DNA of 32,000 nt. Source: Microcystis aeruginosa NIES-2549 (GTDB taxonomy: Bacteria; Cyanobacteriota; Cyanobacteriia; Cyanobacteriales; Microcystaceae). Numbering within the stretch: the stretch's first letter is position 1; each line of letters opens with the position of its first letter. The stretch is taken from contig NZ_CP011304.1 of assembly GCF_000981785.2 (NCBI RefSeq), positions 2,220,001-2,252,000 on the forward strand, read 5' to 3'. The translations under genes were made by a program, and so were the position numbers. Of this stretch, positions 8,346-16,409 are shown piece after piece. Under the pieces are notes generated by a model. The model was not told where the DNA came from and made no database searches. It worked only from the letters and a program-made list of their open reading frames with translations.

Positions 8346-9218
8346 CTAACGTCGGCCGCGTCTGCTGCTGCCGAAACCACTGCGACTAGGGGTACGACGG
8401 GAACCAGAGGAACCGAAACTAGGAGAACGTTTGACATTATCAGATTTACCCGAATTCTTCAGGGTACTGGAACCATAACCGGAACCACTGGGTTTTGTGG
8501 TGGTGGTGGTGCTGCGATTGGGACTAGAGGGAGTATTGCTAGGATAACGACGTAAATTGCCAGTAGAACGGAGAGTTTGCCGGTTTTTGACCGCCGGAGG
8601 TGGACTATTATGTTTAGTCCGGTATTGATCTACTGCCTGATTATAGGTGGAACCGTAACCACCAAAACCAGTCATCACACCCCCCGGAGTATAGAGGGGA
8701 GGAACGTAGTATTGAGGACGAAAGAGCAAACTACCCAAAGCTTGACCAGCAACAGCACCGAAAAAAGGACTCCAAAAACTCGATTCTTGCCGAATCACCA
8801 CGGTTTCTTGTTGTCCGGTTTGGGGATTGTTCCGCACTTCCGTGACATTATGGACATACTCGATTTTAAAATCTTCGGTCATGTATAGGGTAGCCTGATC
8901 GCCGTTGATTTCCACCGAGGTTTTTTCCCCTTTAGCGGTATCCTCCTCGGTTAATCTAGCCATTTGCAGGTTAGTGGTGCGAAAGAGGGGAGAATTCCCC
9001 CCAGGGGTGTTTAACAGCATTAAGGTATAAGTGCCATCTCCATCATCGTAGGTAGCTTGTTGCACCTCGTAGCGACCGCTACTAACCTGATTGGATTCTC
9101 GTCTTACACTACTGTTATTAGCTGACGGTGACTGAGTTTCATTTGACGACGAACCACAGGCCACCGTTGTGCAACAAAGGGTAAGAATTAAAAAGATTGT
9201 CGTTACTTGGCGCAGCAT
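8346..9218 (-). CDS. Predicted lipoprotein with a long basic Ser/Gly/Thr/Arg-rich disordered C-terminal tail
   Basis: The ORF is 8346-9278. The likely start is ATG 9218 (MLRQVTTIFLILTLCCTTVACGSSS), which gives a signal peptide plus lipobox-like VAC and avoids overlap with the upstream gene. The tail reads ...SNTPSSPNRSTTTTTKPSGSGYGSS...SRSGFGSSRRGRR. Confidence 0.65.
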   Translation of the reverse strand: MLRQVTTIFLILTLCCTTVACGSSSNETQSPSANNSSVRRESNQVSSGRYEVQQATYDDGDGTYTLMLLNTPGGNSPLFRTTNLQMARLTEEDTAKGEKTSVEINGDQATLYMTEDFKIEYVHNVTEVRNNPQTGQQETVVIRQESSFWSPFFGAVAGQALGSLLFRPQYYVPPLYTPGGVMTGFGGYGSTYNQAVDQYRTKHNSPPPAVKNRQTLRSTGNLRRYPSNTPSSPNRSTTTTTKPSGSGYGSSTLKNSGKSDNVKRSPSFGSSGSRRTPSRSGFGSSRRGRR

Positions 9219-9234
9219 AATGGCAAAATTAAGA

Positions 9235-9834
9235 CTATAAAGGCAGTAATTCGGGGAAATTGAGTAATAGTTGCTCATTGGTCAATTCATCTCCCAATTG
9301 AGCAGGAGAAAAATGTACCTGAATCGCACGCAGCCGACCTTGGTAGTGGAGGTTAATTATTGATCTTAAACCATCTTCCAGGGCCTCTCGATCGGCTAGG
9401 CTAGTTTCTAAACCAGCACTCTCACCCTCGAATGCTATTGTGATCATAACAACTAAGTTATCAGTGACGGGTAAAGTTAAGGGTTCCTTTTCCCCCACTT
9501 GTGAAGACACCGATTCACTTAGGTATCTCCCCGCAGAATCGGTAAACAGTTCGTTAACGTAGTCTCCCGCTTCCCCCTCATTCCAAAAAACATCGCCCTC
9601 ATTAGCCACAGAAAACCAATAGAGGTTCATCTGCAGCAGATTTTGACAAATTTCTACTAAACCCTCTCCCATGACCTCTAAATCGCCTTCGGAATCGATC
9701 GCCTCCCGGCCGGCACGATTAAGAATACCGATCAGGGGTGCGACTTCTTGGCCGTAGAGATGCAAAAATAAGCGACAGACCACATAGCGAGTTCTACCCG
9801 CAAATTTCTTGAAGCGATCGCCTAAAGAACCCAT
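9235..9834 (-). CDS. Conserved hypothetical protein (acidic, soluble)
   Basis: A clean 199-aa ORF with no strong competing frame, co-oriented with the lipoprotein gene and 17 nt upstream of it. I do not recognise the family with confidence. Confidence 0.6.
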   Translation of the reverse strand: MGSLGDRFKKFAGRTRYVVCRLFLHLYGQEVAPLIGILNRAGREAIDSEGDLEVMGEGLVEICQNLLQMNLYWFSVANEGDVFWNEGEAGDYVNELFTDSAGRYLSESVSSQVGEKEPLTLPVTDNLVVMITIAFEGESAGLETSLADREALEDGLRSIINLHYQGRLRAIQVHFSPAQLGDELTNEQLLLNFPELLPL

Positions 9835-10036
9835 AATAGACCTCCGGTAAAAATCAAAAATTGTCGTTAAGGTTAGGAGTCAGTAGTCTTGGAGCCATCA
9901 GCTAGATCAAGGTGATAATCAAGTAAACAGCCAGAAAAGCCCTCAGCTTTTATTTATTTTGCCATTTTCTAGGCTCCTATGCCTTGATGTCCTGTTAACA
10001 GTCTATAATGACTTAGAATCCTATTGGTGTGAGCAA

Positions 10037-11053
10037 ATGGCTGTCCAACTACAACAAGCTTTAGTGGTTGCTTCCTATATCTTGAAACAGCGTCTAGCAG
10101 GAAAAAAGCGTTTTCCCTTAGTTTTAATGCTAGAACCCCTATTTCGCTGTAATTTAGCCTGTACTGGCTGCGGGAAGATTCAACATCCCCCGGAAATCCT
10201 CCGCAATCATCTTACCCCAGCAGAATGTTTCGCAGCGGTGGAAGAATGCGGGGTTCCCGTGGTTTCCATCCCCGGGGGCGAGCCGCTTTTACACCCACAA
10301 ATCGATGAAATTGTCAAGGGGTTAGTGGACAGAAAAAAATTCGTCTATCTGTGTACCAATGCCCTGTTATTGGAGAAAAGCCTGGATAAATTTACTCCTT
10401 CACCCTATCTTACCTTTAGTGTCCATCTGGATGGTCTCAAAGAACATCACGATCGCTGTGTGGATCGAGAGGGAGTATTCGATAAGGCAGTACAAGGGAT
10501 TAAAGCAGCGAAAGCGAGAGGTTTTCGGGTTACTACTAATACCACGGTTTTTGAAGGCACAGATGCGCGAGAAATGCAGGAATTTTTTGATTTTCTCGCT
10601 ACTTTGGGTATCGATGGCATGATGATTTCCCCGGGTTATAGTTATGAGTGGGCCCCGGATCAAGATAGTTTCTTGAAACGGGAGCAAACCAGAGCTTTAT
10701 TCCGAGAAATTCTCTCACCCTGGAAATCAGGTCAGAAAAAGTGGAATTTTAACCATAATCCTCTCTTTCTCGATTTTCTCATCGGTGAACAGGACTATGA
10801 ATGCACCCCTTGGGGTAGTCCTAGCTATAGTCTTTTAGGATGGCAAAAACCCTGTTATCTGCTCAACGAAGGTCATTACAAAAGCTTTCGGGAACTTTTA
10901 GAAGAAACCAATTGGGATAACTACGGTCGGGCCAGTGGCAATCCTCAATGTGCCGATTGTATGGTACATTGCGGCTATGAACCGACCGCGGCCATGGCAG
11001 CTTTTAAACCGGCTAATATGGGACGTGCCATGCAGAGTTTAATCGGAGTCTAA
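10037..11053 (+). CDS. hpnH: Adenosyl-hopene transferase, radical SAM (hopanoid side-chain biosynthesis)
   Basis: The ORF is 9959-11053 and the likely start is ATG 10037 ([20 protein letters not shown]). It carries the radical SAM motif [17 protein letters not shown], then [10 protein letters not shown], plus the C-terminal Cys-rich block [15 protein letters not shown] typical of HpnH. Confidence 0.88.
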   Translation: MAVQLQQALVVASYILKQRLAGKKRFPLVLMLEPLFRCNLACTGCGKIQHPPEILRNHLTPAECFAAVEECGVPVVSIPGGEPLLHPQIDEIVKGLVDRKKFVYLCTNALLLEKSLDKFTPSPYLTFSVHLDGLKEHHDRCVDREGVFDKAVQGIKAAKARGFRVTTNTTVFEGTDAREMQEFFDFLATLGIDGMMISPGYSYEWAPDQDSFLKREQTRALFREILSPWKSGQKKWNFNHNPLFLDFLIGEQDYECTPWGSPSYSLLGWQKPCYLLNEGHYKSFRELLEETNWDNYGRASGNPQCADCMVHCGYEPTAAMAAFKPANMGRAMQSLIGV

Positions 11054-11055
11054 TC

Positions 11056-12429
11056 CTAAACTGATTCTAACCAGACGGCGGGGACTTGACTAGGGCGATC
11101 GGGTAATTGCATCCACCCCATTTCGCACAGACGAATTACCGAACTTAATTTTTCTACCAAAGCGGGATCAAAACGAATCCCGCTATAATTTTGACAGCGC
11201 TCTAGGGCCTCTCCTAAATCTAGAGCTAGTCGGTCGCCTCGCGGTTGAGTTAATTCCTGAAAATAGGCTGATAATCCTAAAATTCGCGACTCTAAGCTGA
11301 TTTCTTCCCCTTTTAAGCCGTTGGGAACCCCGCTACCATCCCAGTATTCAAACTCATGGTAAATAATCTGTTGAATTGGGGCTAATTCGGGCATAGTGGC
11401 GAGTAATTGTGCGCCTAACACCGATCGATCCCGCCAAAATAACGCATTTGCTCCCTCTAACTGACTGGCACGCTGTCTAAAAACTTCGATCGGAGCCTCC
11501 GCTAGACCGATGCGGTATAATAAACCGGCTAATCGTAAGCGTCGTAATCTTAGGGTGGGTAAATCGAGCAATTGTCCCAACATTTCCGCTAAAGCGGCCA
11601 CCTGTAGGGAAGCAAGGGGATTATCAATATCTCTTTCATCGACTTTTTGAGCCATTCTTAGAAAAGCTTGTAGTTTATTAGCGGCTAAATTTTTATTTAA
11701 ACGGGATGCTTGTCCTTCTAAGTCGCTTAATTCTCGCGTTTGTCTGCTGACGGTGACTAACTGCTGTTGACTGGTTTGCAGATAGGTGACAATGCGAGAG
11801 ACTACTCCCGTTAAATCCGTGGGAATGGGATTAATATTTTGACTAATTTCCTCTTGTTGTCTGCTTAAATCGGCCGCTAGACTGGGATTATAGGGATGGA
11901 GACGCTCAATTAAGATACTAGCGGCTTTTTCGACTAAATCGCGCTCGAATGTCCATAAACCGTAGAATTTTCGCTCCGTGTCTATTTGGGGTTGACTATC
12001 GGACCGGTATTCTTCCGGGGATAACTCATGACAGAGTACCATGGAGGCGTAATCGGGGGAAAGAATGATTAAATTCCACTCATTAACCAAACTATCGCTA
12101 TTATCTAAGTTCACTAGCGAAACATTCTCTAAACTGCCGGTTTTATGCTCAGAAAAACCACTATCGGCCACGGCGGCGATCGCAATATGACGAGAAGAGC
12201 GAGCCATATCTAAATAGCGATCGGCTTCCTGTAAATACCATTTTCCCTGTTGAAAGGTGACTAAGACCAGTGGTTTATTTGTACTATCAGGGCTGCTAGT
12301 TTGCAAGATATGATCTTCAAGAGCATGACACAGGGCCACCAGGGTATTCTTAAAATAGACCCCGTAACTGCTGGGTAATCGTCCCGATGAAGCTCTTTTT
12401 AACTGTTGTAAGCTGGATTCTACGGTCAT
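11056..12429 (-). CDS. DICT sensory domain protein with a C-terminal degenerate HD-GYP-like domain
   Basis: The ORF is 11056-12438 (TTG) and the likely start is ATG 12429 (MTVESSLQQL). The N-terminal half (YFKNTLVALCHALEDHIL...LVLVTFQQGKWYLQEADRY...WNLIILSPDYASMVLCHE) resembles DICT. The C-terminal half has YHEFEYWDGSGVPNGLKGEEISLESRILGL, which is HD-GYP-like with substitutions. Confidence 0.75.
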   Translation of the reverse strand: MTVESSLQQLKRASSGRLPSSYGVYFKNTLVALCHALEDHILQTSSPDSTNKPLVLVTFQQGKWYLQEADRYLDMARSSRHIAIAAVADSGFSEHKTGSLENVSLVNLDNSDSLVNEWNLIILSPDYASMVLCHELSPEEYRSDSQPQIDTERKFYGLWTFERDLVEKAASILIERLHPYNPSLAADLSRQQEEISQNINPIPTDLTGVVSRIVTYLQTSQQQLVTVSRQTRELSDLEGQASRLNKNLAANKLQAFLRMAQKVDERDIDNPLASLQVAALAEMLGQLLDLPTLRLRRLRLAGLLYRIGLAEAPIEVFRQRASQLEGANALFWRDRSVLGAQLLATMPELAPIQQIIYHEFEYWDGSGVPNGLKGEEISLESRILGLSAYFQELTQPRGDRLALDLGEALERCQNYSGIRFDPALVEKLSSVIRLCEMGWMQLPDRPSQVPAVWLESV

Positions 12430-12465
12430 AGGTGGCAAGATTAGGGGAAATGGGGAGAAGGGTGT

Positions 12466-12585
12466 GGGGAGCAGGGAGAGGGAATTATGAATTATGAATT
12501 ATGAATTATGAAGTGGGGAGACGGAGTAGGGGAGCAGGGAGAAAAAACTGATTACTGATTACTGATAACTGATAACTGATTACTG
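12466..12585. repeat. Composite intergenic repeat block: GGGGAGCAGGGAGA x2, (AATTATG)x4, (CTGATWA)x5
   Basis: GGGGAGCAGGGAGA occurs at 12466-12479 and 12529-12542. The AATTATG heptamer array is at 12483-12510, followed by GAAGTGGGGA. The CTGATTA/CTGATAA array is at 12548-12585. Confidence 0.9.
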
Positions 12586-12612
12586 TCTCCTCATCGCTTT
12601 TTACTTAATTTT

Positions 12613-13095
12613 ATGACCTTAGTGATTTGTACGGGTTTTCATGATTCTAGATTGACCGAGGATTTTTTAGGACATCTGGGGAGCAAATCGGTCCAATTAC
12701 GTCCCTATATTATTATTTCTCCTTTTTCTTGCTTAAATGAAGCTTTTTCACCGGGAGAAGACCTAACCTTAATTGGGTTTAGTGCGGGGGTGGTAAATGC
12801 GATCGCTTTAGCCTATTATTGGCAAGCTCAAGGGGTTAAAATTCGAGCTTTAATCGCACTGGACGGATGGGGAGTGCCATTAATCGCTAATTTTCCCATT
12901 TATCGCCTTAGTCACGATTATTTTACCCATTGGAGTTCCTGTTTATTGGGTAGCGGTCAAGAAAATTTTTATGCAGATCCCCCTGTAGACCATCTTAGCC
13001 TCTGGTCGTCCCCCGATCGAGTAACTGGTTGGTCTGTCAATGGTAATTTTGTCCAACGCACCACAGCGTTAACTTTTTTATCTCAAATCGGTTAG
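12613..13095 (+). CDS. Hypothetical protein, possible small alpha/beta-hydrolase-like fold
   Basis: 160-aa ORF. The only recognisable element is a nucleophile-elbow-like LIGFSAGVVNAI (GxSxG). The function call is weak. Confidence 0.5.
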   Translation: MTLVICTGFHDSRLTEDFLGHLGSKSVQLRPYIIISPFSCLNEAFSPGEDLTLIGFSAGVVNAIALAYYWQAQGVKIRALIALDGWGVPLIANFPIYRLSHDYFTHWSSCLLGSGQENFYADPPVDHLSLWSSPDRVTGWSVNGNFVQRTTALTFLSQIG

Positions 13096-13165
13096 GCGAG
13101 AATCAATTAAGTACAATTAGCTAGTCCCCTCCCTATCTTTCCTATTTCTTTACCGCTGCCAACTC

Positions 13166-13855
13166 ATGAGTACATCAGTTCTGAGTTCTTCGATTCTCTT
13201 GGTGGGAATTGAGGAGAATATCGCTAAACTAGCTAGTGCGGACTTGAAAGAAGCAGGTTATCGTCCCCTGATTGTGCCTAGCATTGATATCGCTTTTCCA
13301 GAAGTGCAAAGTTGGCAGCCAGCGATGATTATACTCGATCGCTTCCTGGCGGGGGAAGCGGGTGTGAGTTTTTGTCGTCGTTTACGTTCCCAAGGGAGTC
13401 GCGTTTATATTATTTTGTTAGTATCTCAAGAAACCCTAGAAGAACGTCTTGCCTGTTTGGAAACGGGAGCCGACGATTATTTTCTCAAACCCTATAATTC
13501 GCAATCTTTTCTCAAATTAATCCGTTTTTACCTGCAACCTCTGGAAACTATCCCCGAACAATTGTGCTTCGGTGACTTAGTATTAGATTTAGCCAGTCGT
13601 CGTCTCTCCTATAAAAACAAAAATATTGAGTTGACGATGAAGGAATTTGAACTGCTGCGCTACCTGATGATTCACCCGAAAGAAGTATTATCAAGGGAGC
13701 AAATTCTCGAAAATGTCTGGGGGGACGAATTTCAAGGAGAGTCAAACGTTATTGAGGTGTATATTCGCTATTTACGCCTGAAGATGGAGGCTGGTGGTCA
13801 AAAACGCCTCATTCATACCGTGCGCGGTGTCGGCTACGTTTTACGCGAATCTTAA
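13166..13855 (+). CDS. OmpR/PhoB-family response regulator (receiver plus winged-helix DNA binding)
   Basis: 229 aa. The receiver has MIILDRF (putative phospho-Asp), LLVS and DDYFLKP. The C-terminal part LDLASRRLSYKNKNIELTMKEFELLRYLMIHPKEVLSREQILENVWG...VIEVYIRYLRLK...IHTVRGVGYVL is a canonical trans_reg_C domain. Confidence 0.9.
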   Translation: MSTSVLSSSILLVGIEENIAKLASADLKEAGYRPLIVPSIDIAFPEVQSWQPAMIILDRFLAGEAGVSFCRRLRSQGSRVYIILLVSQETLEERLACLETGADDYFLKPYNSQSFLKLIRFYLQPLETIPEQLCFGDLVLDLASRRLSYKNKNIELTMKEFELLRYLMIHPKEVLSREQILENVWGDEFQGESNVIEVYIRYLRLKMEAGGQKRLIHTVRGVGYVLRES

Positions 13856-13895
13856 CAGTGATCAGTAATCAGTGATCAGTAATCAGTGATCAGTA
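13856..13895. repeat. Heptamer tandem array (CAGTGAT/CAGTAAT) about 5.7 units
   Basis: Read directly from the sequence. The array starts 1 nt after the response-regulator stop codon. Confidence 0.9.
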
Positions 13896-13914
13896 GATTG
13901 CTTTTATTTAATCT

Positions 13915-13990
13915 CCCTACACCCTACACCCCACACCCCACACCCCACACCCCACACCCCACACCCTACACCCTACACCCCACACCCCAC
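13915..13990. repeat. Heptamer tandem array (CCCTACA/CCCCACA) about 10.9 units; the complement is (TGTGGGG)n
   Basis: Counted unit by unit: CCCTACA x2, CCCCACA x5, CCCTACA x2, CCCCACA x1, then a partial unit. ORF 13886-14140 merely translates this repeat (PHTPHPT...). Confidence 0.95.
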
Positions 13991-14008
13991 CAGCCTAGTC
14001 AAGCTCTG

Positions 14009-14806
14009 CTATTCGATCTGGATGGAGGTGGGGGAATCTATAGGAGGGGTGGAACTCCCCGGGGTGATAGTTTGACGGTATTGACTATAAAGACGGTCGC
14101 GCCAAGCAAAAAAGCCCTCGTAGGCGCTATTATCGGCTAACCCCGGAATCCCCTTGCCTTGCAATTCCCTGGGTAAGTTGAGATAGGAACCCTGGGGAAA
14201 CTGAAGCAGTACACTCAATCCCGCCACGGCTAAATCGGCTAAAGTGGGCTGATCCCCGACTAAATAGGGACGATTGGTTAAAATGAGGTTTAAAGCCTCT
14301 AAGTCCTGTTGTAGCCCCTTTTTCGCAGTATTGATAGCATCTTTTCCCAGACCTACACCCGCACCCAAAATATCAATTAATTCCCCCGGCATGGAACCCA
14401 GTAACAAGCGCATAAAATCGGGAGTTTCCCGGGGTAAAAAAGCGGTACGAAAGTTTTGATTTTGGGCAAAAGCGCCGAGAAAAGCGGTTCTTCCTTTTAA
14501 TCCCAGGGATTCATCGGCCCATTCTTCGATTAATAAACATTGACCCCGTTGGAGGGGATCTGTGGGGATAATTGGTTTTTCAGGATACTTGCGATCGAGA
14601 TAAAAAGCAATCTCCGTCGAGTCAGCGATATAGGTATCACCATCCTTGAGGACCGGGACCTGTCGCTGTCCGGAAAGACGGAATAAGTCCAATTGTCCCA
14701 CCCCCGGCACCACGTCCCTTTTTTTATAGGCCAGTCCTTTATAGTCGAGGATGAGACGGACTTTCTCACAATAGGCAGATAATTCAAATTGGTAGAGTTC
14801 TAGCAT
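14009..14806 (-). CDS. Glutathione S-transferase family protein
   Basis: 265 aa. The N-terminal thioredoxin-like GST domain is MLELYQFELSAYCEKVRLILDYKGLAYKK...QVPVLKDGDTYIADSTEIAFYLDRKYPEKP, followed by a helical C-terminal domain with TLADLAVAG. Confidence 0.88.
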   Translation of the reverse strand: MLELYQFELSAYCEKVRLILDYKGLAYKKRDVVPGVGQLDLFRLSGQRQVPVLKDGDTYIADSTEIAFYLDRKYPEKPIIPTDPLQRGQCLLIEEWADESLGLKGRTAFLGAFAQNQNFRTAFLPRETPDFMRLLLGSMPGELIDILGAGVGLGKDAINTAKKGLQQDLEALNLILTNRPYLVGDQPTLADLAVAGLSVLLQFPQGSYLNLPRELQGKGIPGLADNSAYEGFFAWRDRLYSQYRQTITPGSSTPPIDSPTSIQIE

Positions 14807-15167
14807 AGGATGATATAGCCCCTCGATAAATCAGTTTCTCCCTGATTACTCTAACCCTATCGGGCATCGGTCGTCTAAACTTAAAGACTTTACTCCGATT
14901 TTGCTCGAACATTTGTACTAAAAAGAAGAAGGGCGAAAAAATAATCTTTTGCTAATTTTAGGAGTTAGGCTGGGTACTCTTAGGGAAGATAGACTAAACT
15001 CAGCCACCATAACTCAATAGTGCCACGCTTTTAGGCTAGAATATCTTCGAGCTCCAGAAGAGCCGGAATAACTTATATATTCCCGCAAGCTAACTTGCGA
15101 GAGACCAATAGCATAACGCTATAGTAGGGGTGCGAGGGCTAACTCCTTTCTCGGATCAGAGGTTATT

Positions 15168-16376
15168 ATGCAATTATCCATGGACGTTTTTAATGAGGTA
15201 GTTCGTTATCTCGACAGCCACGAAGAAAAATTACGGATCAAAAAATTAATTTTTTGTATCTGTAAAAAATATTGGGAAAATGATCCTAATATTTTAGAGG
15301 GTGTGGCGATGGAAGACTTGGTGAAGGAGTTAGTGCAACTCAAAACCAGTAAGGAACAATTAACTTTGTCGGTTTATAAATTAGTTAAAAACCTAAATCA
15401 TTCTAAAGCTTATCTGGGCGTAGCCACAGTTATTATTGAGCAAATCAGTAAATTATATGGTGATATTGCTGCCGCCTATGAAACCCAATTATCACCATTA
15501 GAACCAGCAGTTAACCCTAGGGTTAATGCCGTTAATAATGCTGTCAACAACGAGGAAGATAATTCCTTAAGACAGGTGGTTAGTAGCCTAGAAAATCATC
15601 TAGAGACGGAGAGAATTCAAAAATTAATGTTTGCCGCCTGTAAAAATCGTTGGGAAAATGATCGATCAGTGATTAATAATTATGGCTTAAAAAATATTAT
15701 TTTAGAACTTCGGCAAAACAATCCTAATTTCTTCAGCTTGCGACAAACTCTCAACCAAATTGCCGAAAATATTAATAAAAAAGCTCTCTACCTGTCCCTA
15801 GCCGATATTATTCTTACCCAGCTAGAGCCTCTTTACGATACTGATAGCGATTACGAAGAAGATGAGTCAAACAGTCAAATCTTTAACGATCAAATGGTTC
15901 ATCTAAATGATGATTGTGATTCTTCGGCTAAAACTGCATCTTTCTCCTCCTCTAGAACTAGAAGTAAACCTGTGGAGTTTCCCTCTTCAATCATCGCTCT
16001 AAATGAACCGCAAGTAGGAATGGGATTGCACTTTTTCGAGCCAGCTTCCTTAAAAAATAACCCCAGTAATTCCCCACAAATTCCTGCCTACGACCCCTTT
16101 GAAATTCGTTTAGAAATTTCGCATTATGCTAATCCTTTACGAGCCAAAATATTAATTTTCTCGCTCCTATTTTATCCTTGGGATCAGAACAGTCAAGATT
16201 GGTTAACCCTGCGAAGTTATACCCTAGAAGATTTACTACAACAACTCATCCAAAGTGGGAAATCTCTCAAGGATATCGAAATTCAACTATACAATATTGC
16301 TCAAACCCAAATGGATAGGGATGCTAACGTTCAAACCGCCGGTATTCTGGTGCAAGCTTTACAAAGAATTATTTAA
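15168..16376 (+). CDS. Hypothetical protein built from three copies of an unnamed ~90-aa helical domain, with acidic and Ser-rich linkers
   Basis: 402-aa ORF. The internal repeats are aa 7-97, 134-223 and 310-400 (nt 15186-15458, 15567-15836, 16095-16367). They share the pattern RI.KL.F..CK..WEND...EL.Q...YL..A.II.Q...LY. Confidence 0.7.
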   Translation: MQLSMDVFNEVVRYLDSHEEKLRIKKLIFCICKKYWENDPNILEGVAMEDLVKELVQLKTSKEQLTLSVYKLVKNLNHSKAYLGVATVIIEQISKLYGDIAAAYETQLSPLEPAVNPRVNAVNNAVNNEEDNSLRQVVSSLENHLETERIQKLMFAACKNRWENDRSVINNYGLKNIILELRQNNPNFFSLRQTLNQIAENINKKALYLSLADIILTQLEPLYDTDSDYEEDESNSQIFNDQMVHLNDDCDSSAKTASFSSSRTRSKPVEFPSSIIALNEPQVGMGLHFFEPASLKNNPSNSPQIPAYDPFEIRLEISHYANPLRAKILIFSLLFYPWDQNSQDWLTLRSYTLEDLLQQLIQSGKSLKDIEIQLYNIAQTQMDRDANVQTAGILVQALQRII

Positions 16377-16409
16377 TTGTTTACCCCAATTTCTCTGGAT
16401 ATTATACCT

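Noticed and set aside
8280-8888. Plus-strand ORFs 8280-8555 and 8577-8888
   Set aside because: They lie antisense to the lipoprotein gene. Their sequences are low-complexity mirror images of its Ser/Gly/Arg tail (TTGTRGT...). They have no start context and no motifs.
12466-13990. Possible CRISPR arrays at the tandem-repeat blocks
   Set aside because: The units are 7-8 nt and directly abutting, with no spacers. CRISPR repeats are 24-48 nt and separated by unique spacers. There are no cas genes in the window.
13886-14140. 84-aa ORF translating to PYTPHPTPHTPHPTP...
   Set aside because: It is simply the heptamer DNA repeat read in frame, followed by the antisense of the GST gene 3' end. It is not a gene.
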